The notes: generated by a model from the letters alone, not told the origin. A DNA stretch of 64,000 nucleotides from Candidatus Omnitrophota bacterium (GCA_903944345.1 CAJARJ010000009.1:65875-129874), one strand, 5' to 3'. Positions 48,774 through 59,313 are shown, counted from the first letter of the stretch. Program-made: numbers and translations.

Positions 48774-49589
48774 TTAGTAGAGCACCTTCAATGCATCAGC
48801 GAGTTGTTCTTTATTGGGAGCTTTTCCATGCCAGGCACTCTTTAATTCCATGAAAGGCACGCCCTTGCCTTTGAGGGTATGCGCAATAATAACAGTCGGC
48901 TTGTTCTCGACCGTTTTGAAAGCCTCGAACGCCTGGATCAAAGACTGAATGTCATGCCCGTCCACTTCGATCACATTCCAACCGAAACTGGACCATTTCT
49001 GCGCTAACGGCTCCAGCCCCTTGATCTCGCTGACCAGCCCGTTCTCCTGAACTTTATTGTAATCCACAATCGCGCAAACATTATTGAGTTTGTAGTGAGC
49101 CGCGCTCATCGCCGCCTCCCACACAGACCCTTCCTGAATCTCGCCATCGCCCATAAGACAATAGACCTTAAAGCCCTTATTCTTCATCTTGGCTGCCATG
49201 GCCACCCCGTTGGAATAGGAAAGCCCATGCCCCAACGATCCGGTATTAAACTCGACTCCGGGCACCTTATGATGAACGTGGCCCTGCAGACGACTGCCAA
49301 ACTTGCGAAAGGTGGACAACTCCTCTTCCGGGAAATAACCAAAACCGGAAAGAGCAACGTAAGTAACGGGAGTAATATGCCCTTTGGAAATAATCAGACG
49401 ATCCCGATCCTCCCAGCGTGGCTCGTTCGGACGATGAGCCATAACCAATCCATACAAAACCACGAATATCTCAACCGCAGACAAAGATCCCCCCGGATGC
49501 CCGGAACCTGCTGCTTCCAGTGTCTCCAGAATCTTCTTTCGAAACTGTAATGCTTTTGTTTTTAATGCTACTGTTTCCGGTTTGCTCAC
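48774..49589 (-). CDS. Transketolase, N-terminal (TPP-binding) subunit
   Basis: SGHPGGSLS, SKGH, TGSLGHG, GDGEIQEG, KGKG. Confidence 0.94.
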   Translation of the reverse strand: MSKPETVALKTKALQFRKKILETLEAAGSGHPGGSLSAVEIFVVLYGLVMAHRPNEPRWEDRDRLIISKGHITPVTYVALSGFGYFPEEELSTFRKFGSRLQGHVHHKVPGVEFNTGSLGHGLSYSNGVAMAAKMKNKGFKVYCLMGDGEIQEGSVWEAAMSAAHYKLNNVCAIVDYNKVQENGLVSEIKGLEPLAQKWSSFGWNVIEVDGHDIQSLIQAFEAFKTVENKPTVIIAHTLKGKGVPFMELKSAWHGKAPNKEQLADALKVLY

Positions 49590-49846
49590 ACAAGTCTCCT
49601 GTTAGAAAACTTCCTCAAAAAAATGACTGTGAAACTCAAGGAATATATCGCAAGCAAAGGAGGGAGTCAAGTCAAACCCGGCAAAATCTTGATATCAGCC
49701 CTAGGGCAGGTAAAAAGAAGTCTTTGTGGTTCCGGCTGAAAAAATATTCAGCGCACATTCTGGCATTATTCATCTGGTTCAATAATTCCCTAAGTGCAAA
49801 CTTTGGAATTAGAAATACATCGAAGCGAAAATGAGGAGTTTTCAAC

Positions 49847-49875
49847 TTGTCAACCCTTCCAAAAGAGGGTAGAGT
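49847..49875 (+). promoter_or_regulatory. Leaderless sigma70 promoter of the STT3 gene
   Basis: TTGTCA-N17-TAGAGT-N6-ATG, no Shine-Dalgarno. Confidence 0.55.
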
Positions 49876-49881
49876 GCCTGC

Positions 49882-52383
49882 ATGAAAAAAAACATAATCC
49901 CGCATTTGCTTCCCTGGCTGCTCACCGGATGCCTGGTCTTTATAGCAGGAATTTCTGTCCGCTTGTATCCACTAACCCATAATGTCACTTCTGATGCCTA
50001 TGAAGAAGGGACCCTTCTGGTCATCAACGGCATCCGCTCGATGCTGTCCGCACAGATCAGCGCCCAATTTCCACAAATGTCGTCAACTGAAAAAGAAGCA
50101 CTGGTTTCCAGCCGGCTCAACGAAACACTCCGCCAGGAGAACACCCGGGTTCGGAAAGCTTTCGAAGATGCCAGTCTGGAACTGCTCAAACAAAAGCCGG
50201 ACTCTGAGCACTACTTACTGGCTTCAGACGGATACTATTTTCTTAATCTGACCGAGAACATTCTGGCCAAAGGTGACGTAAGCGACCTAATCAAAGGAAG
50301 CCGTTACTTTAACACCCTTATGATGGCCCCGCTTGGCTACTGGGAGCCCCATTCATGGCATCCTTATGTCGGAGCATGGATCACCCGAGCTATCCGGCTC
50401 TTTGCCCCGGAAACTTCGACCATGTCCGCCGTTGCCTGGACTCCTATTGTTCTTCTGCCTTTTGCCATCGCCGCCTTTCTTTTTGCCTGCCGCGCCTCCG
50501 GCTGCTCCGTTGTCCCTTCTTTTACTGCTGCGGTCTTTTTTATTATGGCTTCTATTTACGTCAAGCGCAGCACCTACGCCTGGTACGACAATGACTCCTA
50601 TGCGGTTATCTTCCCGGCACTAGTTCTCGGCTGTCTCTTTATGGCATTACGCAGCCTCGGTCATACCAAAAAATTTATCCTCTACAGCGCTCTGGGGGCA
50701 GCATCCCTGGCCCTTTATTCGATGTTCTGGTCCGGATGGGTTTATCTCTGGGCCCTGACGCTGATAGCCATGACTGGAATAGGAATAAAATATCTTCTGT
50801 TGTCAGATCCCCGGATTAATCGGATAGCCCTGAGCGCAGCAACCCTGCTGGTTCTGACATTGCTCCTGGTCGCACTTTTGATCGGTCTGCCGCAAATCGG
50901 TGGAGTCATTCAAGCGGCATGGGGCGAATTGCAAAAATTTACAAATCCGGCTTTCAAAAGCTGGCCAGATCTTTTTGTTGTAGTCGGCGAACTAAAAAAA
51001 GGGTCCTGGAGCGATATTGCAGAACTCGGCGGAGGGCCTATTCCTCTTTTGGGTGCAGCGGTCAGTTTATTCTTCACACTTTATCTATTCCTGCGTAAAC
51101 GCATCCCTCCTTCGGATGAAATTATTATTCTGACTGCTTTTTCTTTGGTAACCTGCATGCTTGGCCTGTCTGCCCAGCGTTTTATTATCCTCTGCCTGGT
51201 TCCTGTATCTCTTCTTTTTGCTCTCGCCCTTGAGCAATCCTACGGCGCCAGAAAGAAACTTATCCGCCTTCTGCGAATCAATAAATCCTCTCTACGCTGG
51301 CTTGAAAAAGGCCTTCTTGCTTTGATGATTCTTTCTGTTTTTGTGCCGATTATCCATGGACAGCGTGCCATTCGCTCCCTGCTTAACCCCATTTTTAATT
51401 CAGCCTGGGACCGGGCGTTGACCAAACTCGCGCAAGAAACTCCTCCCGAAAGCATCATCAATACCTGGTGGACTCCCGGGCATTTCGTCAAAGCTATTGC
51501 CAAAAGATCTGTTACTTTTGATGGCGCCAGTATTAAAGGAGAACAGGCTTACTGGCTGACCAGAATCTATCTTGCCAATGATGAACGCGCTGCACTCGGT
51601 ATCCTGCGAATGCTTAACACCAGTTCAAACCAGGCAGCGGAATACCTGCAAAGCCTTGGTCTGCCTTTATCCATGGCCGTTCCTCTGCTTCTTGAAATCA
51701 CCAAGATGCCCGAAACAACGGCCAGACAAGCCCTGCGTAAAGTTTTCCCTGAAAACGCTACCAAAGAAATCCTGCGATTAACACATACCCCGCCCCCCCC
51801 CTCTTATATGCTGATTTATAACGAAATCGCGGAAAACAACCCGATGCTCGGGTACGTCGGCAAATGGGACTTCAGCCGTATCGAAAAACTTAACCAGACG
51901 CCTGCTGCGCTTAAGAAAATCCCTGCCCGGGGATCCTCTGGCTATACCGATTTTCTCTGGGGTCTTGTCGGAGGCCCTTTTCGTCAAAGCCCGATAATGA
52001 CTATGAATGGCCGCAATGGCACAAAAGAAATCTTTGCTGACACCCTGATCATCGATACTGACACAATGACCGCTGAGGTCCGTTCCAAAACTTATGGACA
52101 AGGCATCCCTTACAGTATTGTCTATCTTGATCCACACAAAAAAATTGTCACTGAGAAACCTCTCCCGGGAGCCAGTCTTACCTATTCCGTCGTTTATTTC
52201 ACCGATCGCCAGTCAAAAAAAGCCATCCTGATGGATCGGCTTCTGGCAAATTCACTCATTGTAAAAATGTATTATTTTGAAGGGAAAGGCCTTGAATATT
52301 TCGAGCCTTTTGCACAGGAACAGGATTTAACCGGACGCACCAGGATTTTCATTTACAAAATAAACTGGCCGAAGGATTTCTGA
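49882..52383 (+). CDS. STT3/AglB/PglB-like oligosaccharyltransferase
   Basis: Many TM helices; SDGYY, WYDND, VVGE motifs; WWTPGH at the WWDYG position; FDGAS. Confidence 0.82.
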   Translation: MKKNIIPHLLPWLLTGCLVFIAGISVRLYPLTHNVTSDAYEEGTLLVINGIRSMLSAQISAQFPQMSSTEKEALVSSRLNETLRQENTRVRKAFEDASLELLKQKPDSEHYLLASDGYYFLNLTENILAKGDVSDLIKGSRYFNTLMMAPLGYWEPHSWHPYVGAWITRAIRLFAPETSTMSAVAWTPIVLLPFAIAAFLFACRASGCSVVPSFTAAVFFIMASIYVKRSTYAWYDNDSYAVIFPALVLGCLFMALRSLGHTKKFILYSALGAASLALYSMFWSGWVYLWALTLIAMTGIGIKYLLLSDPRINRIALSAATLLVLTLLLVALLIGLPQIGGVIQAAWGELQKFTNPAFKSWPDLFVVVGELKKGSWSDIAELGGGPIPLLGAAVSLFFTLYLFLRKRIPPSDEIIILTAFSLVTCMLGLSAQRFIILCLVPVSLLFALALEQSYGARKKLIRLLRINKSSLRWLEKGLLALMILSVFVPIIHGQRAIRSLLNPIFNSAWDRALTKLAQETPPESIINTWWTPGHFVKAIAKRSVTFDGASIKGEQAYWLTRIYLANDERAALGILRMLNTSSNQAAEYLQSLGLPLSMAVPLLLEITKMPETTARQALRKVFPENATKEILRLTHTPPPPSYMLIYNEIAENNPMLGYVGKWDFSRIEKLNQTPAALKKIPARGSSGYTDFLWGLVGGPFRQSPIMTMNGRNGTKEIFADTLIIDTDTMTAEVRSKTYGQGIPYSIVYLDPHKKIVTEKPLPGASLTYSVVYFTDRQSKKAILMDRLLANSLIVKMYYFEGKGLEYFEPFAQEQDLTGRTRIFIYKINWPKDF

Positions 52384-52482
52384 CCCTGACTGTCCCCGAG
52401 AACAGAGAACATCAAGGTTTAAGAATCTGCTCCAAAATATCTTGTTTTTGAAAAATGTTCTGCTATTATTAATTTCTCTCGT

Positions 52483-52559
52483 GGGTCGGTAGCTCAGTTT
52501 GGGAGAGCGCCTCGTTCGCAATGAGGAGGTCGTGGGTTCGACTCCCATCCGATCCACCA
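52483..52559 (+). tRNA. tRNA-Ala(CGC)
   Basis: G3:U70 pair, CCTCG-TTCGCAA-TGAGG anticodon arm, encoded CCA. Confidence 0.95.
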
Positions 52560-52626
52560 TTTTTATCCCAAACATTTCCCCAAACATGCGGCTGGTTCGA
52601 TGCTGACACTTCTTGCTGCAGAATAA

Positions 52627-54291
52627 TCACGGAAATTCATATAAATATAAACCGACACCTTTGTCTTCTTTCTGAACTACCTTTTTGGCAGAAAGATCAA
52701 ATGAACGCTTAACTATATCAATCAACGCCTGCTCCAATGGATCATGTGTTGCCACATAGAGCCAAACGCGCCCCCAACGCTCTTTACTAATCACCGGCAC
52801 ATCCTGACAGGCGAAAAGTAACTGATCTCCTCCGCTTAACAGGCGTCGGAAATGTCCTCCGGCGTCATAAACGTTATACTCATAACGCATCGGAACACAT
52901 TCCCTGCCATTACTTTTGATCGAATCCAAAGCAAATTTTACCACGCGAACACCTCGCTGCAATTCCCCCTCAAACAACCCCAACGGTTGCGCTAAGAAAC
53001 GACCGTAGCCGTAAATAGGAGCGTAATGCCAAAAAGGCTCTTGTCCGGCAGTATTAAACACCAGCAAGTCCCCTTGCCGATAATTTTCATGAAACAGCCT
53101 CAAAGCCTCTCGTGTCTCAATTTTTGCGTGTGAATGGAAAAGATAGAACCCCGCTTCCAGAAAAGAAGGAACCACCAGAACCGCAACCAAGCCCACGGTC
53201 AATACAATCCTTCTCGCAGCAGAGAATTTGCTGATTAAAGCACCGACCGCCTCTGCAATCAGAAGGATGACTCCCGGCATAAGAAACAGGATCAGCCTGC
53301 CACGGAAAGGATACTTTTCCAGCGCTGCCGCAAGCAGCGCAGCCAGAACCGGAAACAAAAACATCCAGAATCGCGCACGATCGCGCTTCCATAACAGAAC
53401 CGCCCCGCTCAAACAAAGAAATCCCGCCAAAGGTGTCACATAAATCCCGGCAGCACCTCTGAACATTTCAAGAAAAGCCTTCAACGCCCACCATATCAAA
53501 GCCGGAAGATTGGTCCAACTACCTGTATAGACCGAACCGGAAAAAGTTGACAAAATAGCGGTACTCCCTACCATTGAGGCCAGACTAAGTCTATAGATAA
53601 CAAGCAAAACCAATAGCCAAACCGCCGCAATCAGAAACAAAAGCGGCGCTGCCGCATATCTTTTACGCGCCCACATATCATCCAGCAAAATGACTCCGAA
53701 CGCTGCCAGAACAAAAAGCAGGGCATTGGACATCCAGAGCCCTGCCACACCGAAGGCAAGCAGCCATAAAAGAGCTCTGGTTTTGTACTCACAGCGACGA
53801 ATCCATTCAAAAACCCACAAAGCCAGAACCGCCATTAAAAGATCACTGGAATACTGTTTCACCTCACCTGCGTAATAGACCATCGGTTCAGCAAAAGCAA
53901 ACAGCGCCAGAGCCCAAGGCAAAACATCTCGTGAGGCGTAACGACAAAGGTAACGATAAAAAAGTATTAAAGCAAGAATCGCCGAAAAAAACGGAAAAAA
54001 GCGCAAAACCATATCTGTCGGGCCAAAAAGAGAGACCAATATCCGTTCAATCACAAGAAAAAATAGCGGCTGTTTGGGAAATTCGGGGAAGATTTCGAAA
54101 TAAGAAAAAATTTCTCCCAATGACCGGCTTGTGATACTGACCGTCAAACAAGCCTCATCCAGCCATACCGAACGGTTCTCCAGATAATGCTTTAGACGAA
54201 ATATAATTCCCAGCGACAAAATTATCCATGACAAGCGGCCCGCAAGAACATTATAAAAAGCTCTTGTTTTATCCCGAAAGAATGACATCAT
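52627..54291 (-). CDS. GT-C superfamily glycosyltransferase (GT39/PMT-like)
   Basis: RSVWLDEA, LRFFP, YAGEVKQYSSD, YPFRGR; multi-TM. Confidence 0.8.
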   Translation of the reverse strand: MMSFFRDKTRAFYNVLAGRLSWIILSLGIIFRLKHYLENRSVWLDEACLTVSITSRSLGEIFSYFEIFPEFPKQPLFFLVIERILVSLFGPTDMVLRFFPFFSAILALILFYRYLCRYASRDVLPWALALFAFAEPMVYYAGEVKQYSSDLLMAVLALWVFEWIRRCEYKTRALLWLLAFGVAGLWMSNALLFVLAAFGVILLDDMWARKRYAAAPLLFLIAAVWLLVLLVIYRLSLASMVGSTAILSTFSGSVYTGSWTNLPALIWWALKAFLEMFRGAAGIYVTPLAGFLCLSGAVLLWKRDRARFWMFLFPVLAALLAAALEKYPFRGRLILFLMPGVILLIAEAVGALISKFSAARRIVLTVGLVAVLVVPSFLEAGFYLFHSHAKIETREALRLFHENYRQGDLLVFNTAGQEPFWHYAPIYGYGRFLAQPLGLFEGELQRGVRVVKFALDSIKSNGRECVPMRYEYNVYDAGGHFRRLLSGGDQLLFACQDVPVISKERWGRVWLYVATHDPLEQALIDIVKRSFDLSAKKVVQKEDKGVGLYLYEFP

Positions 54292-54306
54292 ACACTCTCC
54301 ATAGAA

Positions 54307-55128
54307 TTATAAAGCACCCCGTAACCGCACCTGGATGCCCTCTGATTTGCTGTCGGCATCGACCCGGCTCTGTCCAAAAGCATTGATCTGATCAGCAAAA
54401 AAAGAACGTTCTTGTTCGGTCCCGGTCACTAAAGGCCGACCTTTCTCTGAGACAATCTTAACCCGTTGCTTTAAAAGGTCTTCAAGCCTCACGGCCAGGT
54501 CTTCTCTCTTTCTAGAGCGAAGCGCAGTGATGGCATCCATAACCTTGAATCGCTGATTGAGGATCATATAACACAGTCCGGCTCCGTAATGAAGCATGGC
54601 ATTATCGTCGCGATTCAGATTCTTCTCAAAAAACGGCAAAGCTTCATCCGCATTGGACTGTCCTAAAAGATAAACCCAGGCCAAAGAAACCTCAATGTCC
54701 GGCTGGGAGGTCTTCAGAGCAAGTGAACGGCTTAACGCTTGAGCGGCTTGAGAAAAATCACCAGAAGAATAACAGGCCCGACCCAGATTATTCAAAGCAT
54801 CCACACTTTGAGGATCAATATCAGCAGCCAGTCTGAAATATCGGATAGATTCCCGAGTATCCGCCATTGGCCCGGATTCAAAAACAACGCCAAGGCCGTT
54901 ATAGGCTGCGGAAAACCTGGGGTCGAGTTCTATCGCTTTCTTGAAAAATTCAATAGCCTGCTCATAGGCGCCATCACGAGTAGCCATTACTCCCATTTGA
55001 TAAAAATTTTCTTTAGTCAACGACGCGGCTGCGCACAAAGAAGAAAATGAAGAATGGACGACCAGAATTGCCAGGAATATAAAAGTAGACAAACAAAACT
55101 TTTTACTAGACACAGGATTACTGAACAT
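54307..55128 (-). CDS. Exported tetratricopeptide-repeat protein
   Basis: AIELDP..AAYNGLG, ALNNLG TPR repeats; signal peptide. Confidence 0.85.
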   Translation of the reverse strand: MFSNPVSSKKFCLSTFIFLAILVVHSSFSSLCAAASLTKENFYQMGVMATRDGAYEQAIEFFKKAIELDPRFSAAYNGLGVVFESGPMADTRESIRYFRLAADIDPQSVDALNNLGRACYSSGDFSQAAQALSRSLALKTSQPDIEVSLAWVYLLGQSNADEALPFFEKNLNRDDNAMLHYGAGLCYMILNQRFKVMDAITALRSRKREDLAVRLEDLLKQRVKIVSEKGRPLVTGTEQERSFFADQINAFGQSRVDADSKSEGIQVRLRGAL

Positions 55129-55744
55129 TCGAAGCTTTAGACTGATCAGACGAAAGACTGTCCTTGATTCTGACCAATGTCTTGGCACTTACAGAAGGAT
55201 CTGCCCCGATCACAAGCCTTGAGATGGTCAATGTAGCCTGAACAACATCCTCGGCTTTTCCAGAGGAAACAGTCATCTTTTCAACCTTAAAAAGATTTTT
55301 CGATGATTGTAAAGCATAAATAAAACTGGTCAAATCTGTCAAGGACGCTGAACAATCCAGCGAAACCAGATACTTTAAAAAATCATCCGTATACTCCTGA
55401 CCTGCCGGGGTCAGCTTGGACATCTGCACATTGGCTTTAGTGGCCATTAATTCGACTTGCTTCAAAAAATCGGCTATGACCTCTTCTTCAGCCTTGACCT
55501 CTTGAGTGAAATAATCTCCAAAAACAGAAGCATCCTTCATAATTCGTTCGCGATAGGCCAAAAAGTGCTGATTCTGCCGAACCACATTTTGCTCTTTTTC
55601 AATGGCTTCATTAAGCTGCCGCAACCGTCCCGTAGCAGGCGAAATCAAGAGCCGATCAAAAAGTGCCGCTGTCACCGCCAATGCGGCCAATAAAAAAACT
55701 TTTTTCTCCGTTGCTGAAAGACCGGAAATAAACTTGTGAATCAA
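55118..55744 (-). CDS. PilO/GspM-like assembly protein
   Basis: LSATEKK + TM + coiled coil; LTSFIYALQ..KVEKM; TTG start after AAGGAG; follows PilMN. Confidence 0.7.
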   Translation of the reverse strand: MIHKFISGLSATEKKVFLLAALAVTAALFDRLLISPATGRLRQLNEAIEKEQNVVRQNQHFLAYRERIMKDASVFGDYFTQEVKAEEEVIADFLKQVELMATKANVQMSKLTPAGQEYTDDFLKYLVSLDCSASLTDLTSFIYALQSSKNLFKVEKMTVSSGKAEDVVQATLTISRLVIGADPSVSAKTLVRIKDSLSSDQSKASNVQ

Positions 55745-55754
55745 GGGTTGCTCC

Positions 55755-57224
55755 TTATTTATCCTGGGCGATAGAAGAATCCTGGCGCTCAACCGGTTGC
55801 CCGAAAGAAGATATCCCGAGAACTATCTCGAAAACAGCGACATCTTTGCTGCGTTCTTTCCTGGTTGCCGTAGACTTGGTCTTGACACTCTCAAAAAGAT
55901 CTGACTCTTCCAGACTGGTTACAAAAGAAAACACCTGGGACATTGAATCAGAAACTCCCTGCAAACTCATTGTTCCGGAAAGGTCCATACTGACATTCGA
56001 AAGATACATCTCATCTGGAACCAGTCGATAAAGCTCCCGTATGACCTCCAAAGGAATTTCACGGGCAAACATATGTTGACGCAAAATGCGCGTCTTGGCT
56101 GCCATATTTTCAAGGTTGCGGACTTCCAGCTTTTGCTCAGCGAATTTCTCGATCAAATTCTGTTTCAAAAACATGTCTCTAAAATAGACCCGGCTGGACA
56201 TTCCTCCACTGATAAAAAAAAGAAAAAGAATAACCAAAACTCCAGCTTTGAAAGTTTCCTGTCCGCGCTGGAAAACAGCTCTCTGATCTTTTATTTCCTG
56301 CGGAACAAGATCGACCTGACATTTTGAGGCATATATCGCAGGCGCGATAACGTCCAAAGCTGTGTCATCAGTAAAATCCTTGACCAAAGCATCTTTGACC
56401 TGAGCATCTGCCTGGAGCAAATTGATATAAGAAAGTCGCTCTACTTTAACGCCATATGCGGCAGTGATTGCATCAGCAATCTGGGCCAAAGAAGACTGAT
56501 TCGAAGTTAGTACAAAGCGTCCCGGCTTAAGCGGTGTCCCCTGCTGTTCATAAGCATCCAGGGAAAGTTTTAACTCGTTCATGAATTGCCCGACAGCCTC
56601 GACATCCACCGTCAGATGCTCCAGTCCAATAGGAATCGAGCGGGCAGAAAGCAACGAAGACTGATTCTCCAGCATAAAAGTCGCGCTGGTTTTTGCAAAA
56701 TCTATAATCACAACCGGAGAATCATTCTTTTTGTGCTTGAAAATAGCCGCATAAAAATGCGCAATACCTTCCGGAACAAACTGAACCGAAGTTGTCTCCA
56801 GTTTGGCACGCCGCATCAAAGCAATTTTGTCTTTAACCACATCCCGCTTGACCACAACCAGAAGCACCCGGGTGGAATTAGGCTTTGGATGCCCCAACTG
56901 AATATACCCTGTCAGAATCTCATCTTTACTAAAAGGAGTTTGCCGGGCGGCCTGCAAAGCAAGAATCGAATCCAATTCATCTTTGTCGACAGAAGGAACC
57001 TCAATACTCTTGAGAGTCACAACGTCTGCGGGAATCAGGCAGATAACACCAGCGCCTTTGGTGTTGAACCCGGACAATACGCCAAGAAGCGCTGCGTCTG
57101 CTCCGGCATTATTGATAGGACGTTTGACCAGTTTTTCAATATATCCAGAACTCCTGATCTGGGCGATCTTGAGTGTGTCGGAAGAAATTGAAATACTGAT
57201 ATATCTGGAGTATCTTAAAGACAT
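55755..57224 (-). CDS. PilM-PilN fusion / GspL-like protein
   Basis: Actin-like N-terminal domain (LKIAQ, IIDF, RSIPIG), VDLVP + TM, PilN domain (FVTSLEESDLF). Confidence 0.75.
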   Translation of the reverse strand: MSLRYSRYISISISSDTLKIAQIRSSGYIEKLVKRPINNAGADAALLGVLSGFNTKGAGVICLIPADVVTLKSIEVPSVDKDELDSILALQAARQTPFSKDEILTGYIQLGHPKPNSTRVLLVVVKRDVVKDKIALMRRAKLETTSVQFVPEGIAHFYAAIFKHKKNDSPVVIIDFAKTSATFMLENQSSLLSARSIPIGLEHLTVDVEAVGQFMNELKLSLDAYEQQGTPLKPGRFVLTSNQSSLAQIADAITAAYGVKVERLSYINLLQADAQVKDALVKDFTDDTALDVIAPAIYASKCQVDLVPQEIKDQRAVFQRGQETFKAGVLVILFLFFISGGMSSRVYFRDMFLKQNLIEKFAEQKLEVRNLENMAAKTRILRQHMFAREIPLEVIRELYRLVPDEMYLSNVSMDLSGTMSLQGVSDSMSQVFSFVTSLEESDLFESVKTKSTATRKERSKDVAVFEIVLGISSFGQPVERQDSSIAQDK

Positions 57225-57288
57225 GTCACCTCACCTGTTTGATTTTTATTATATCGCAATGCTTTTTAAAGGTTCAATGGAAATCGTA

Positions 57289-58305
57289 TTATTTTTGCAC
57301 CCAAAGTTCAACCTTCCCGGTTAAAACATCGAGCACTCCAAAAATCTCCGCATTCTCAGCGTCAGGTGTCCGGCTGCGGAAAGAATATACTGTCGACTCA
57401 ACGCCGATTATCCCCCTGGAATTAAGTGCGTCTATCTGCCGGGCGGAGTCTTCCTCAAGGCCAACGAGCTTGCCCACATCCGCAGCCACATCGAACGAAC
57501 GCAGAAAAATATGGTCATCAGCAGTTGCTTCAAGACCGTCTTTGCCCCGTCTTGCCTGCAAAATCCTGTCTGTCACCATGGCCTCCAGTCCCAAAGCCAA
57601 CAGCACTGTGCGGGAAGCTGTATTAATATTAACCCTGCCATTGCCATAAATTGTAAGATATGCAGCCAGCTTTCTGAACTTCTCTGCATTCATGCCTTTA
57701 ACCAGCAACAACTCATCCAGTCGCTCGAAAGGAGATTCCTTCATCGGATAAGGGGAATCCAGATTCTGGTAATAGCTATCACTAAAAAATCCCTGCGCCG
57801 AACGCATCCCGTAATCGCGCCAGTCGAGAATATCATCCGCGAGCGTCTGCGCCTCATCCGTCATCAGACCCAAAACAAGTGAAAGAAGCCTGGACAGAAC
57901 CGTCCGGTCGGACGTGTTTAAGTTGATCTTGGCCTGCTCATCGGCAAGACCAAAAAGAAAGCCGCTTCCCGCCACCGGATCCAGCTGATAGTCAACCTGA
58001 ACTTTTAAACCGGCAACCATAATTTCAGAAAAATCAGACGAATTATTATGCCTGCGTAATTTCGCGGATAATGACGGAAAAACTCCTGAAGTTTCCACAT
58101 CGTCTGTCAGCACCGCAATAGCTTTTTTTGCTCCGGCCTGCACTGCGGCGCGAACCTGAGAACGTGACTCAAGCCTTTTGAGCATGACAATTCTTTGCCG
58201 GGCGCCCAACCCGATCGAAACGGCCAGAATTGTCAGAAAAGATAACGACCACAAGGACAATAACAATACAGCAGCATCTTTACGAAACAAGAAAACTTTC
58301 CCCAA
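57289..58305 (-). CDS. gspK: Type II secretion minor pseudopilin GspK
   Basis: Hydrophobic N-terminus; DEQAKINLN, ILDWRD, ELLLVKG, VNINTAS; start placed after the upstream stop. Confidence 0.85.
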   Translation of the reverse strand: MGKVFLFRKDAAVLLLSLWSLSFLTILAVSIGLGARQRIVMLKRLESRSQVRAAVQAGAKKAIAVLTDDVETSGVFPSLSAKLRRHNNSSDFSEIMVAGLKVQVDYQLDPVAGSGFLFGLADEQAKINLNTSDRTVLSRLLSLVLGLMTDEAQTLADDILDWRDYGMRSAQGFFSDSYYQNLDSPYPMKESPFERLDELLLVKGMNAEKFRKLAAYLTIYGNGRVNINTASRTVLLALGLEAMVTDRILQARRGKDGLEATADDHIFLRSFDVAADVGKLVGLEEDSARQIDALNSRGIIGVESTVYSFRSRTPDAENAEIFGVLDVLTGKVELWVQK

Positions 58306-58306
58306 C

Positions 58307-58891
58307 TTACACCCCCGCCGGCAAAACAAAATATCTTGCAATTTTTCTGTTTTGCTTTTGTTCCACCCATTCGACCTCAACCATAATGCCAGCCGGAAGA
58401 ATCTGCCCTTCCTTAAATGGCAGAGCCTCGGATGAACCCGGATAATAATACAAGAAACGCAGACTACTGACGCCAGGTGCAACCTGGACAGGTGTCTGCC
58501 AATTGCCATGAACCGCCCGACCATAATCAGCCTGCTGCCGCACAATCTGGCCAGAAACTTCATCATAAAAGTACCTGACCACCCCTATCTGCTCACCGGC
58601 CACTTCATCGACCCGGGAACTTTTTGCATCAGTCTTTGCGTAAATAATAGTTGGAAAAGTAAGTGCAGAGATTTCGCCTTCAACCGAAAGCGTAGAAAAA
58701 AGAAAAGCGTTGGCTGTCTCGACTGCCAACCGGTCAAAAAAGACCGTCACGGCTTCCGCCGTCCTCACAGCCTGCATCTTCTTCCATAATTTTAACCCAT
58801 TTGACAAACAAAGAAAAACAGCAAGACTGATGGAAGCTACCAGCGCCGTAACCAGCAACATTTCCAGAAGAGAAAAGCCCTGTCTTTTCAC
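58307..58891 (-). CDS. Prepilin-type minor pseudopilin (GspJ-like)
   Basis: GFSLLEML prepilin motif; C-terminal LPAGIMVE. Confidence 0.8.
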   Translation of the reverse strand: MKRQGFSLLEMLLVTALVASISLAVFLCLSNGLKLWKKMQAVRTAEAVTVFFDRLAVETANAFLFSTLSVEGEISALTFPTIIYAKTDAKSSRVDEVAGEQIGVVRYFYDEVSGQIVRQQADYGRAVHGNWQTPVQVAPGVSSLRFLYYYPGSSEALPFKEGQILPAGIMVEVEWVEQKQNRKIARYFVLPAGV

Positions 58892-59313
58892 TGAGCTCCC
58901 GTGTTATTGAATGAAGAAAGTCCAGAAAAGTATGCACTCCGGGAAAGAGTAAACATTCTTTCCCTCTCCTGCCAGGATACGCTCAGATCAAGTTGAAAAA
59001 CTGACAACAATGTCCCCACAGGTTTGAGGACTGCAGACAGCTGAAAACTGACGGGTCGGACACCATATCCTTCCTCGCCCCCTGACGAAGAAACATCCGC
59101 GGCATGCAAAGAGCGCAGCTCCTTTTCGATAAAGGCGGATCTGGACTCCAAAAGATTCAGCGCATAAAGACGATTTGCCAAATGCTCATTCAAATCCGCA
59201 CCGAGCAAAAACGAACGATAGATGGCTACCAGACCGGCGGAAAGAATAATGATCGCGACCATAACCTCGATAAAAGTCAGGCCGGAACAATTACTTCCAG
59301 TTCGTAATATCAT
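58888..59313 (-). CDS. Prepilin-type minor pseudopilin (GspI/PilV-like)
   Basis: GLTFIEVMVA prepilin motif; VSW near C-terminus. Confidence 0.8.
   Translation of the reverse strand: MILRTGSNCSGLTFIEVMVAIIILSAGLVAIYRSFLLGADLNEHLANRLYALNLLESRSAFIEKELRSLHAADVSSSGGEEGYGVRPVSFQLSAVLKPVGTLLSVFQLDLSVSWQERERMFTLSRSAYFSGLSSFNNTGAQ

Noticed and set aside
49590-49846. Short ORFs or ncRNA in the transketolase/STT3 divergent gap
   Set aside because: No convincing RBS, motif or stable structure seen
58306-58566. N-terminal extension of the GspK ORF (also extensions on the ankyrin, BON, HD-GYP, SplB, PilO and TPR ORFs)
   Set aside because: Overlap neighbouring genes or promoters; downstream starts have better RBS or coupling
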